Source: Mobula birostris
Taxonomy: Eukaryota
Length of the DNA: 64,000 bases
Reading direction: 5' to 3'
Assembly (NCBI RefSeq): GCF_030028105.1
Contig: NC_092371.1
Span: forward strand, 63,692,057-63,756,056
Shown here in pieces: positions 37,724-50,431 of this stretch (its first letter is position 1; each line of letters opens with the position of its first letter). The position numbers and the translations under genes were made by a program. Below the pieces are notes generated by a model. It did no database searches, was not told where the DNA came from, and was given only the letters and a program-made list of their open reading frames with translations.

Positions 37724-39535
37724 CATAGTCATAGTCATACTTTATTGATCCCGAGGGAAATTTGGTTTCGTTACACTTGCAACAACCAAGAATAGAGTAT
37801 AAATATAGCAATATAAAACCATAAATAATTAAATAATAATATGTAAATTATGCCAGGAAATTCAGGGTGTCTGACCCTCCAAGGGAGGAGTTGTAAAGTT
37901 TGATGGCCACAGGCAGGAATGACTTCCTATGACGCTCTGTGTTGCATCTCGTTGGAATGAGTCTCTGGCTGAATGTACTCCTGTGCCCAACCAGTACATT
38001 ATGTAGTGGATGGGAGACATTGTCCAAGATGGCATGCAACTTAGACAGCATCCTCTTTTCAGACACCACCGTCAGAGAGTCCAGTTCCATCCCCACAACA
38101 TCGCTGGCCTTACGAATGAGTTTGTTGAGTCTGTTGGTGTCTGCTACCCTCAGCCTGCTGCCCCAGCACACAACAGCAAACATGATAGCACTGGCCACCA
38201 CAGAATCGTAGAGCATCCTCAGCATCGTCCGACAGATGATAAAGGACCTCAATCTCCTCAGGAAATAGAGACGGCTCTGACCCTTCTTGTAGACAGCCTC
38301 AGTGTTCTTTGACCAGTCCAGTTTATTGTCAATTCGTATCCCCAGGTATTTGTAATCCTCCACCATGTCCACACTGACCCCCTGGATGGAAACAGGGGTC
38401 ACCAGTGCCTTAGCCCTCCTCAGGTCCACCACCAGCTCCTTAGTCTTTTTCACATTAAGCAGCAGGTAATTCTGCTCACACCGTGTTACAAAGTTTCACC
38501 CTCATCTCCCTTGCTGATGCAGCCAACTATGGCAGAGTCATCAGAAAACTTCTGAAGATGGCAGGACTCTGTGCAGTAGTTGAAGTCCGAGGTGTAAATG
38601 GTGAAGAGAAAGGGAGACAAGACAGTCCCCTGTGGAGCCCCAGTGCTGCTGATCACTCTGTCAGACACACAGTGTTGCAAGCACGCGTACTGTGGTCTGT
38701 CAGCCAGGTAATCAAGAATCCATGACACCAGGAAAGCATCCACCTGCATCGCTGTCAGCTTCTTCCCCAGCAGAGCAGGGCGGATGGTGTTGAACGCACT
38801 GGAGAAGTCAAAAAACATGACCCTCACAGTGCTCGCTGGCTTGTCCAGGTGGGCATAGACATGGTTCAGCAGGTAGACGATGGCATCCTCAACTCCTAGT
38901 CGGGGCTGGTAAGCAAACTGGAGGGGATCTAAATGTGGCCTAACCATAGGCTGGAGCAGCTCCAGAACAAGTTTCTCCAGGGTCTTCATGATGTGGGAGG
39001 TCAATGCCACCGGTCTGTAGCCATTGAAGCCACTTGGGCGCTGCGTCTTCAGCACAGAGACGAGGTAGGACGTCTTCCACAGCACAGGAATCTTCTGGAG
39101 ACTCAGGCTCAGGTTGAAGACATGGTGAAGTACTCCACATAGCTGAGGGGCACAGGCTTTGAGCACCCTGGTGCTGACACCATCCGGTCCTGCAGCCTTG
39201 CTTGGGTTGAGACATTTCAGCTGTCTTCTCACCTGTTCAGCTATGAAGCCCACCGTGGTGGTTTCGTGTAGGGGAGGGGTATAGTCATGAGAGCAGGGTG
39301 GGGGACCGTGAGGAGGGGCAGGAGGGGAGAGTGAAATATGTGTTGGTTGGGGGCCAACAACAGATGAATCATGTGGAGGATGGGCAGGGGCCACAGTGTC
39401 AAATCTGTTAAAGAACAGGTTAAGTTCATTGGCCCTGTCCACACTGCCATCAGCTCCTCTGTTGTTAGTTTGCCGGAACCCAGTGATGGTCCTCATCCCC
39501 CTCCAGACCTCTCTCATGTTGTTCTGCTGGAGTTT
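37724..39535 (-). mobile_element. Rex1 non-LTR retrotransposon, 5'-truncated, RT pseudogene with one frameshift
   Basis: ORF 38486..39559 KAAGPDGV, YRPVALTSHIMKTLE, LDPLQFAY, MFFDFSSAFNTI, GAPQGTVLSPFLFTIYT, KFSDDSAIVG; ORF 37848..38453 KTKELVVD, YKYLG; (GACTAT)n tail. Confidence 0.95.
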
Positions 39536-40459
39536 CAACATCCCAACTCCCATACTCAATACATTAATTTATGAAGGCCGATCTCTAAAAAAGTGTGTTT
39601 TGGGAAATTAGTATCTTGGCCATCATCTTTATTTAGAAAAAAAAGATTTCAGGATTTTGTGACGTGGTTGAAGGCAAAAGAATGGTGAGTAAAAAAAATG
39701 AAAGCATATTTTGAAATCTTTCACTTTGTTTCTGTGCAAGAGAGTGATCTTTTTCTATGCGATAACCATGAATGATGATAGCATAAACAATATTGTACCC
39801 TTTGATGGTGGCAACAAAAGGAAATGAATGTGTATATCTTCATTTCCTATTCCCCTTCAAGCTCTGAGGGAGAGGAGTCTGTCAGCAGAAAAATGCCCAA
39901 GACTTGACATGTTGAGGAATCGAGAAACCAGCCAATGAAGGGCTATGCTGATGATACCAACAAAACAGAACATAGTTTTCCACTATCATTTTCATTATTG
40001 GCAGCCACTTATGTGCTGATGAGGCTGCAAGAGGCAAAAAACAGCCTCGAGGAGGCAGATAATTTCCAGCTTTGTAAGGCTAAGGAAGAGAAATAGTGCA
40101 ACGTTTAATTTGGAAGGGTGAAGACTGCTGTTAGGTACTCTCCCTCCACTTACTGAACCTGGCCCCTGCTACTGTGTTCCATCAGATGATTACATAGAGA
40201 GGGAAATGGGCCCCACTTAGCGCTACATCCAGAATCTGAGGTAATTGATATTGAGGTGGGTAATGAGAAAATAATGCATGAAATGGTCCAAAGATTATGA
40301 AGATCTACCAGAAGATCTGAGACCATTAGTGGTTTATGAAAATGTTGTTACATTTTGATATGGCTAATCATTGAGAAAAGAACATATGAAGGCGCACTGC
40401 TAAATTAATGGACTTGTCCACATATATTTTTAAATGATAAACTGAGATGATATGATGAA

Positions 40460-40712
40460 ATGAGGCTTTGGGCCTACTCTGGGGTTCAGATCTGAGGACT
40501 CATTTTTGGTTCAAAATGCTGTTGTTTGCTTCAACTGTTTGTATGATTTTTTTCTTTCTCTTTCGAATTGAGTGCTAGTCATTTATTTTTATTTTTTTTT
40601 TCTTTAAGTGGGTTCTTTCCGGCTCCTTGCTTTGTGGCTACCTGTGAGCAAGCAAATCTCAAGGTTGCATAATTTATACATTCTTGGATAATAATTGTAC
40701 TTGAATCTTGAA
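40460..40712 (+). mobile_element. Non-autonomous retroposon 3' end with (CTTGAA) tail
   Basis: ttgctttgtggctacctgtgagcaagcaaatctcaaggttgcataatttatacattcttggataataattgtacttgaatcttgaa. Confidence 0.6.
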
Positions 40713-40792
40713 ATAGAAAATATCATTTTATTTTCTGACAGCTGAGAGTGAAACTGCTTCTTGCAATTATTATCTCCTCAAAAAAATGTTTT

Positions 40793-41450
40793 CCTAAAGG
40801 TTAACTTGCTGGATGAGTCAGTAATAAGGAAGGCAAGTGCAATGTTTGCATTCTTTTCGAGAGAACTTGAGTATAAAAGCAAGGATGTAATACTGAAACT
40901 TTATCAGTCATTGTCCAGGCCATACTTGATGTATTCTGAGAAGATTTGGGCTAGTCATCTGAGAAAGAATGTGGTGGGATTGGAGAGGATCCAGTGGAGG
41001 TTCATTAGAATGATCCCAGGCTAAAAGGGTTAACATATGAGGAGTGTTTGATAGCTCAGGGCCTGTACACACTGAGTTTAGAAGAATGGTGGGGGGGGGG
41101 ATCTCATTAAAACCTATATAAAATTGAAAGGCCTAGATAGAGTGATGTGAAAAATATTTCCTGTTGTGGGGGAGTCTAAGACCAGTGCACAAAGTCTCAG
41201 AACTTAAGGATATCCCTCTAGAACAGAGATAAGGAGGAAATTGTTCAGCAAAAGGGTGGTGAATATATGGATTTCATTGCCTCATTTGGCTGTGGAGGAC
41301 AAGACATTTAAGGTAAAGGTTGATAGGTTGTTGATTAGTAATGGCACCAAAGGTTAATGAGGTTAAGTGGGATAATAAACCAGCCATGATGGAATGGTAG
41401 AGCAGACTGTATGTGATGAATGACCTAATTCTGTTCCTATGTTTTATGTA
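40793..41450 (+). mobile_element. CR1 LINE 3' end
   Basis: ORF 40761..41024 LKVNLLDESVIRKASAMFAFFSRELEYKSKDVILKLYQSLSRPYL; tail cctaattctgttcctatgttttatg. Confidence 0.9.
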
Positions 41451-42900
41451 TATATGTGATAAACCATTGCCACATCAGGTGTTGGATCTGCTGGTATTGT
41501 GACCAGGAGTTTCCTCAGAAGTCAAACTCTGTGCAATGTAGGCAGGCTTGATTTAATAAAACCTTCAGGAAAGATGTTCAAGATTTGAAATGATAAATAT
41601 ATCCAAGGAAAGATGATAAAATATATTAAACTGTAACTGCACTGGAGCACGGAGAAGATGGCTTTCAAAATTGGGAAGCCATGAGCTAAACTAGGGTCTT
41701 ATTATAATAGGCATGTCCAGTAAATTGCCTAATGTAAAGATTCCTGTCTCTGTTAGTTTAATGACGGGATATAACTCCAAAACTAATGCTTTGTCTATTC
41801 GACTGAGTCAAATACACATTTTTACATAACACTAAACATTTTTAGTTCACGGTGATAATACCTTGCACTGATGGAAAAAAAGTTGTTCATGATAGGGTTC
41901 TCTCCAGCAAGTTTGTACCTTAGATTGTTATAGCTCAATGCAAGTATACATTACATGAAAGAACCAAATGGGTATGTGATTCTCAAATTATTGGAATATA
42001 TTAATGACTTAAAAGACTTTAATATTTATAGTTAAACACAAAACTAAACAAATACTTGAGAAATTTATCCAAATGGTTTAAGTACAGTAAATTTCCTTCC
42101 AAGTGTATAAAAACCTATATATATTTTAATGATAAATCACTGGCAATTTCATCATAATGGCCTAACAAGGACAACGCCTTTAAAATAAAAATAAATATTT
42201 AATTTGTTCCCTTTTTTTGACCCAGCACAGTTCTTAATTCATTCTGTGCTGCACTTAATTACAGATTTTTCATCATGTATTTTCTTCTAAAAATTTTCCT
42301 CTTCTGAACCTTGAGTAGGAACATAATTTTAAAAAATTATGGAATATAAAGAAAGTTTTGACAAGGCTTTACTCAGAATGTTATTCCACCAGTGTGTGTT
42401 GAGTGAAAGTTGAGATACACAAATTGTAGACGTTCATGGAAAAAGTGATCCAAGTAAGCTGCATGTAGGGGAGACACTGTGTTGCTCTGGGGTATATTGT
42501 AAACTTATTATTGTTTTTAAATTCTGTTTCCACATGTATGTCTTGCAAGATAAGAGAAAAAATTGAGAGAGGAGCAGACCCAGGGGTGTTATATTTATGC
42601 AGAAGAGTATTTTTATATTTTATTTTTCCCCTTGGGCAAAGGGCCATTTGTTTTTTATTTTTAATGTATCCTTTCTATTTCTACAAAAGTTTCATATATC
42701 TGCACTGAAATTTGTCTGCTGCAGCAATGTGTTTTTCTCCTAAGATTGTTGGTTTTTGAAAGAATACTATGTACCTATATTTTAACAAAGGCATTTACAC
42801 ATGGATAGGAAAGTTTTAAATGGTTTGGGCAGATATGGGCCAAACTTGGGAAAATAGGGCTGGCTTGGATGGGCATCTTAGTCTGGCTGAAGAACCTGTT

Positions 42901-44525
42901 TAGAATTGGAATTAATTTATTATTATCACATGTACAAAGATATAGTGAAAAGCCTATCTGAATATTGTTCTTACAAATCAAGTCATTGCAGATTGCTTTG
43001 AGGTAGTACATGGTAAAAATAAGTTGCAAGATAATAACAAGGTAGATTGTGAGGTCAAAAGTCCATCATTGTACTTAGGAATCATTTAATAGTCATAACA
43101 GCGAGATAGAAGCAGTCCTTGAACCTTGTGGTACATCCTTTCAAGCTTCTGCATCTTTTGACCAATGGAAGTGTCCATGAAGAGAAGTTTTCTGTGGTAT
43201 TCCATGATATACAAAGCTGTATCCACAACTTAATGTGGATACAAAGAGTATCCCAGACACTTTCTTATGGTTATGTGCAGACCAGTTGCCATATCACTGT
43301 CCTTCCAGATCAGATACTTTCTATGGTGCATCAATTAAAAATTGGTATGGGTCATCATGCCAGACTTCTTTGCCTCCTGAGGATGTCAAGGCTTTGGCGA
43401 GGTGTCTTGGCCATGACATCTAATTAATTTGACCAGGACAGGCTATTGGTGATGTTTGCTTTGTGGAACCTGAAGCTCCAAACCCTCTTAACCCTCCTGT
43501 AGACAGGAGCATGTGCATTGCACCTTCCTCCACCCCCACCCCCAAAGTCAATTATCAGTGCTTTTGTTTAGCTGTCATTGAGGGAAAGGCTGTTGTCATG
43601 ACACCATATTACCAAGCTCTCTATCTCATTCCTGTACTCTGACTCACTGTTATTTGAAATACAGTCCACTACCATGGTACCATCTGCAAACTTATAGATG
43701 GAGTTAGATCAGAATCTGGCCTCGCAGTTAGGAGTGTACGGGGAGTAGAGTAAGGGCTGAGGACACAACCTTGTGGAGCACCAGTGTTTAGAATAATGGT
43801 GGTGGAGGTGTTGCTGCCTATCCTTACCTACTCTTGTCTGTTGATCAGGAAGTCAAGAATCTAGTTGCGGAGAGAGGCATTGATTCCTTGGGTCCAGAAT
43901 TTGGTGTTGAGTTTGCGTGGAATTATAGTATTGACTGCAGCAATAATCTAATATGTGAACCTACTGTCCAGGTACTCCAGAGATGAACATGGCGACAGGG
44001 AGATGGCTGTGGACCTGTTTCAGTGTTAGGCAAAATGCAGTGGGTTGATGTTGTCTGATAGATGAAGGTAATGCATGCAGTGGCCATGCTGCCAACACAC
44101 TACATGCTGATAGATGTCAGTCTTTGGGAATTGGTTGTTAACGCACATTACCTTATTTTACTTGGGTATCAGGATGATAGTGGTCTTAAAGCAAGGTTGC
44201 TGGTTGATAGTGGTCTTAAAACAGGTGAGAACCACAGATTGAAGCAGAAAGGGATTAAAAATGTCTACATTTACCCCCACCAGATGATCTGCACAGAATC
44301 TAAGGATACAACCAGGGACAATATCCAGGCCAGATGCTTTCCGCAGGTTCACACGCTGGAGACGGATCTTATGTCCACAATGACGACTTTGGGTTCAGGA
44401 GCTTTGGAGGCTGTCAGGATGTGTGGTGACATACCCGTACCAAATGCGTTAAACTCATCAAGGAGGGATGTGCTGTTGTTGGCGATGCTGTCTGACTTTA
44501 TTTTATAGCTCATTATAGCATGTTA
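42901..44525 (-). mobile_element. Rex1/Babar-clade LINE, decayed
   Basis: ORF 44158..44352 NLRKASGLDIVPGCILRFCADHLVGVNVDIFN; minus strand GAPQGCVLSPYS and YKFADG near 43680-43785; tail (AATTCC/AATTCT) at 42901. Confidence 0.85.
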
Positions 44526-45193
44526 GCCCCAATCACAATTGACAACTAAAATGTGTTGCATATGCAAACCCAAGTCGTGTTCTCAAAACAAAGTTAAAAA
44601 ATAATCATATGTTAGCTTTCTTTCGGATACTGATAAACACCTTGCAACCAGTGTTTCTGGGATTCAACATACTTAAAAGGATTTCTAATAGGCTACATGC
44701 CATTCTATTTACAGACAGCAAGTTTTTTTTTAGGAAGAAGAGAAAGACAAGCTGGCTTTGATGATGGTGAGGCCCAGCAATGATTGCAACATCAGTGTCC
44801 TTTTTAGGTTGAGTAATGACACAGTTTGACAATAGTATATTTATTAGATTGAAGTCATTGTCTTGCCAAATGAGTAGAGAAAAATAATGGTAGATTTTAA
44901 ATCTGGTGTGGGAAAGTCAAATAGCTTCCCAAGACACTAGAATTTAATGCAAGATAAATTTGAAACATAAATTTTAAAATCTGATTTATTCACATAAATA
45001 ATTCATTAATTAATATATTGGTTGAATGATATTAACAAGTCATCCATGCAGATATGTTTGAGATTTGACTGCCACATTATTACTGCAAGAGCAGCTTTTA
45101 CATCTATCGAGAAAGTCTTTGGTATGGAAAGCTTTGGGATGGTTCCATTGGTAGGATTAAAGGAAGTGCAGTTTTGTAGGAAAGTATTCTACA

Positions 45194-45868
45194 TGTAGCC
45201 CCCCTGGCCAGCTACAGGGTCGCTCAGCTCGCTGTCGTCTAGGGAAACAGCCCTCGGCCCTGCCAAACTGGGTAATCAGTTTGTGTGGATGCTGTGTGAT
45301 GTATCCCACCCCGCCCAAATAACAGATAATACACCAGATACGATTAAATGATTTACAGTTTATAGATATTACTGGGACTATATAATTAATAGAGAATAAA
45401 ATATGAAAGGAAAATCAAAGGCGCCACACTTATCAAAGTTCAAATCACTTCGTGCACAAACAGTTAGAGCTCAGGACCCTTCTTCTTCACCCTGCGATCC
45501 CTTGGACCACCTCGACCGGCTGCCTGGGACCAACAATGGGTGGAGGTCTCCTCTCCTCACCGAACTCCCGGGGTCTCCAACCCCATTAGCGGACTCACAG
45601 CACCTGGTTCATCCTCTGTCTCTCTCTCTCTCCTGCCTTCTCCCCCCAAAACCCTGTGCATACAATATCTTACAGACACGCCAAAAACATAACAACTATC
45701 CCAATTGGTTCATAACATCTTCTTATCAGTAACGTGATTCAAACAAACCGCTAGCGGGAGGACTTTCTCAGCAATTAACATAACAAAGAAGCCGTTTCAA
45801 TTATAACATAACAAAGAAGCCATTTTAATTAGACTACACAGTGACATAAAAAAAAGAAACCCCTTACA
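45194..45868. mobile_element. Solo LTR (675 bp)
   Basis: TGTAG...TTACA termini; exact 4-bp TSD TACA (45190-45193, 45869-45872); CpG-rich; internal tandem 'taacataacaaagaagcc' twice. Confidence 0.82.
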
Positions 45869-46666
45869 TACATATTGGGAGAAGAGAACGCTGCAAGAAA
45901 TAAATACTATCCTTGCTTAAATAGATTTAATGTTGATAACTCTGTAGAGAAAATAGAGTTTTCTATTCAAGAGCCTATAAGCAAAATTTAAATAACATTA
46001 AGTAACTTAACCCTATTTGAGTCAAGCATAGCGATTGTTTGGAACAAGTTGCCCACTTTCTATTCTAATATTATGAGCCTAAAATTTCCTGACATTTCAA
46101 AGGTGAATGTTATAGAAAATTATGTGTGGTCATCTATTGTGGAAACAAGCATCAAGAGTGCAGGTATTTCTATTTAATTGAGAAGTATTATTACTGAATC
46201 CTGCCACTGTACATCATTTTTGTTGAGCTCGTGCCTATGTGCCAAATTACAGTCAATAAACTAATTTAGCATTACTTTTCATAGATGTGGCAAAATGAAA
46301 ATGTAGAGCATCATAGCAGAATGATAGAAAAAAATCCTTTAACGTAGATTAAAATGCATCTCCTAAGAAAATGTTTCTTTAGTTCTCCAAATGTGTCAGT
46401 TCCAAACTTCAACTGTAGAAGGAATGATTGATTCATTTCTTCATCGTTTGTAACAGATGAAAAATGTGAAAGCTAAGAATTCAATCCAGCATATGAGCAA
46501 AATAAGCCTCATCATTATGGAGAGGTGTGGAGAAATCAGCATGGAGGCCCAACAGCTGAGAAACACTGAAGAACAGGTTTTCAAGAGGGTCCTCTGAGAT
46601 GAATAATGGAACTTGGTTCAATGTATGGGTTTTGTTTCCCAGTGGCAGACAGCCAAATTGAGAGGC

Positions 46667-46870
46667 TACAAACAAGATGTTGGAGGTACTCATCAAATCA
46701 GGCAGTATCTGTGGAGGAAACTGGACATCTGACATTTTGGATCCAGATGAAGGTTATTGACCCGAACCATTTACTATCTATAGCCCTCCACAAATGTTGC
46801 CTGAATTGTTGAGTCTCTCCAGCTTCTTGTTTGTGGCTCTGGATTCCTTCATCTGCAGGCTCTCATGTCT
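46667..46870. mobile_element. Penelope-derived fold-back mini-element with hammerhead remnant and 14-bp TSD
   Basis: Inverted arms; centre ccAGATGAaggttattgacccGAACcat; flanks CCAAATTGAGAGGC (46653-46666) and CCAAACTGAGAGGC (46871-46884). Confidence 0.8.
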
Positions 46871-47246
46871 CCAAACTGAGAGGCAAGCCAGCATCCGGCA
46901 GATAGACCTTAGGAAGTGGGTTGTTGTTGGTAAATTGTGGCAGAAGGAAGAGATTGAAATGTGGAGAGGAAGGATGGAGATATTGGAGGGCAGACGTACC
47001 AAGAGGATTCAAATTGTAAATAAGCTGGGTGAACATGAGGAGATTAACTAGTTTGCTTGAATGGCAGGGAAGGGGGGCCTTCTTCTCCTTCTGGTCCACA
47101 GACAGTGGTCAAAAGAGCATTTTTTAAAAATGTACAATATTTCTCTTCACCCTTTAGCAGTTCCCTGGAAAGACCTGCCCCAGGGATGTTATAAGTGAAA
47201 TTTGGAACAGTTACATTGAAATATTTTAAAATATGGGACTTGCCAA

Positions 47247-47480
47247 GACACGAGAGACTCTTGATTTTGGAATCTGAAAAATACAAAAAGCACTAGAGGA
47301 AGTCAGTAGGCCAGATAGCATCTATGGAGGGAAACAGACAGTCGATGTTTTGGTTCGAGACCCTTCATCTGGGCAGGAAAGAAAGGGAGAGGGAAGGGAT
47401 GGGACACAGGCCAGCAAGTGACAGGTGAACTCTGTTAAGACGGGAGTGATGTCAGAAGCTAAGAGTATTTGGATGCAGTG
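47247..47480 (-). mobile_element. Penelope-like terminal fragment with hammerhead motif
   Basis: Minus strand at ~47338-47373: gccCAGATGAagggtctcgaaccAAAACATCgactg. Confidence 0.75.
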
Positions 47481-47754
47481 GCGAGGACCGATTATTATGG
47501 ATCATACTTCACGAGCACAGGTTAATTACCTGGGTGCAGTGGAAGAGAGCCAAGATACAGTTTACTATTTCTGATCCTGTATTCCACCTTGTCTATTCTA
47601 AGCAATTGAGGTCATTCCATACATATTTGTTTGATCCTTGCAGCATAAAGTAGACAGCCCTTCCCTGTACACCTGAAAATACATACAGGGCTGGATGTAG
47701 CACTTACTGCATTAATCCTATTTTCTGGTCAACCCTATATCATCAAAACCATAT

Positions 47755-48430
47755 TGTAAGTTAAGGCATGCCATCTAAAACTTTGACAACTTCTATAGAT
47801 GCACATGGAGAGCATCCTGCTGGGCTGCATCATGGCCTGGCACAGAAACACCAATGCCCAAGAATGAAAAAGCCTACAGAAGGTGGTGGTTATAGCCCAG
47901 TTCACCACAGGATAAGCCCTCCTCACCACTGAGCATAACTACAAGTAACGATGCCTTAAGATAACAGCGTCCATCGTCAAGGACCCCGCCATCCAAGTCA
48001 TGCTGTCTTCTCGCTGCTGCCATTGGGAAGGAGGTAAATGAGTTTTAGGTCCCACACCATCAGGTTCAGGAACAATTATTACCCTCCAGCCATCGGGCTC
48101 CTGAACCAGGGTGGATAACTTTACTGAGCTAATTCCACAACCTATGGGCTCACTTTCAAGGACTCGACAACACATGACACATGTTCTTAGTATTATTTAT
48201 TTATTTGTTTGTTTGTTTAATATTTGTTAGTTTATCAGCTTATTTATTTATCTATTTATTTATGTAGATACAATAATGGGCACTGGCAGTCTTTGTGTGG
48301 AGTTTTTCTTTGATTCTATTATATTTCTTTGTTCTTCTGTGAATGCCTGCAAGAAAATGGATCTCAGGGTAGTATACAGTGACATATGCAAACTTTGGTA
48401 ATAAATTTACATTGAGCTTTGAGCTTTGAA
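47755..48430 (+). mobile_element. Rex1/Babar-type LINE 3' end
   Basis: acaacttctatagatgcacatggagagcatcctgctgggctgcatcatggcctgg (NFYRCT.ESIL.GCI.AW); tail aataaatttacattgagctttgagctttgaa. Confidence 0.85.
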
Positions 48431-48463
48431 GTTTGTGTTTTAGTCCTGATGTAGGGTTTCGAC

Positions 48464-50081
48464 CAATGTTCCCTCTAAGGCGGGGTTTTTCAGCCGAGGT
48501 TCTGCGAGAGATCGTGATTTTAAAAAAACAATTTTTGAATTTTGCGCTATGCTAGCGCTCGCGGTGGTGGGCAGTGACTGAGCAGCCCTGTCAGCAATCT
48601 CATTAGAGGTCTCTCAGCCCAGAATAGCAGTGTGCAGTAAGACCATGTTTATTTGGTTGAGCCCATTCTCAGTTTTTGACTGTATTGCTTGGACAGGAGG
48701 ACAGTAGGATGATAACTGGTGAGCACTGTATTGCACGGGGGGGGGGAGGATGGTAGGCTGATGACGACCATGAAGGGTGTTTTCTGAGCATTGAATGGAC
48801 TTGCCCAGCTTGGGCTATGATGTCAGCCTCTCCCTTCCGAATTACCTCCCCCAAATTCCCCTTACGCGCCGCCGACTGACTTACAGGAATGAGCAAACTC
48901 TACTGGTGTGGTAGAAAATAGGAGGGAAATTTTTATTCTAAAACGGTCCAATGTGGCGATTTTTGAAGCGAAGGTGTGAAATGGAAGAGTAGGATTCTAG
49001 GCCTAGGCTTAGGGACAATTCTGACAAGGTTAATAATCAGAAATTACAATCCTCTGAGTCATTTCACTGCACTAGTGCAACAACAGACACAAAAAAAGCC
49101 TGTCTTTACTATGAAGGCTACATATCAATGGGTTTTACATGGATTAGAGATCCAAGTTGTCCTATTCCATTTTGCCTAGTCTGTGTAAAAAACAAGCACA
49201 GGTTTCACATGCTAGGCCTATATTTGAGCCTGATCATATCACTTAGTAAGAAAATGTTTTTTTCAAAATCTTATATAAAATTATGTCTTAGGCTATATTT
49301 TTATTCATATTGCTTTGACTTATAGTTTTTAGTAACTTCACTATTCAACATTGTCAATAAATTTTCATCTTGTAAATAGCATTAATTAAAATCAAGTTAC
49401 AACCTTTATTTAAATTAAATGTACCAAGTCTACCTTTAGAATAATTAAATCGCATTTAGGCTTAAGCCAGTTATTTAACAGAAATTTATAATGTTTGCCT
49501 TATGAGTTTTTAAAATTTATGAACGGGAAAGAAAGAGATTAATTTCAAGAAAGGTAGGTTAAGCTTAACTACCATTTTTTTCAAGAAAGTTTGGCTAAAA
49601 ATTCATTCTCTATTCAAAAGAGCATTGACAATTATTTTTGGATTATTATATCTACAATTTGCTGATCATGCTAACGTACCATGAGCTGTAGATATAATAA
49701 TTTATACAGTGGGGTTCCCTGAGAGCTGAGAATTATTTCAAGGGTTGTCCAGGGCAAAAATTTTGAGAAAGGCTGCTCTAAGGTGTTGCACGCACACATA
49801 TCTTTTGCTACTAGTCCACAAAAGAATTTAAGCTGCATATAAAAAGTTGTCACTCTCTACATCATTGGTATATTTCATGAGCGTCTACAATCACATTTCC
49901 TTTTCCGATTCCTGATGCAGACGGTGTTGACAGCATGGAGTTTGCAAAGATTTGTCTGCAGATTTTAGAACTGGCTGTTTTTATTGAAGAAATTATTCAA
50001 TATGCCCAGTGTTTTTGTCACTGGGCAAAAAATGGCACAGCGCAAGACTTTTGCACGCACTGGTCAATAGAGGGAACATTG
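48464..50081. mobile_element. Non-autonomous hAT MITE (~315 bp once the nested element is removed)
   Basis: Perfect 14-bp TIR CAATGTTCCCTCTA / TAGAGGGAACATTG; exact 8-bp TSD GTTTCGAC (48456-48463, 50082-50089). Confidence 0.93.
48481..49775 (+). mobile_element. Internally deleted Buster/Charlie-family hAT element nested in the MITE
   Basis: Exact 8-bp TSD CTCTAAGG (48473-48480, 49776-49783); imperfect ends CGGGGTTTTTCAGCC / TTTGAGAAAGGCTG; remnant YYEGYISMGFTWIRDPSCPIPFCLVC (N-terminal zinc finger) joined to KKQAQVSH (Buster-type C-terminus) at ~49108-49210. Confidence 0.85.
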
Positions 50082-50431
50082 GTTTCGACCCTAAACATTG
50101 AAGAGGCCTGACCTGAATTGTCATCATTTTATTTCTCCACACCACTGCTGCCCAATCAACTGATTCCTTCCAGCAGATTGTTTGTTGTTCTAGGTTCCAG
50201 CACCAACAATCTCTTCTGTCTCTCAAGGCCTTTGTCCTTGTCTCATGTACGCTTATGGCAGGCTGCATTTTCTCCTTGCGTTCAAGCTGGCATTTCAGCA
50301 CAGGCTGAAGAATGTATGACACCAGGTAATTTAACTTGGAACTTGGACATTTCGGTGCTAGTGCAACATAAAGTAGGTGAAGGGCAAGCAAAGTGCCTGA
50401 CTTCATGGATTGTGATCTGGAAAAATGTGAA

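Noticed and set aside
38486-39559. 357-aa RT ORF as a novel RT system (retron, DGR or similar)
   Set aside because: Standard Rex1 LINE motifs, 5'-truncated, frameshifted, with a microsatellite tail and a second copy nearby.
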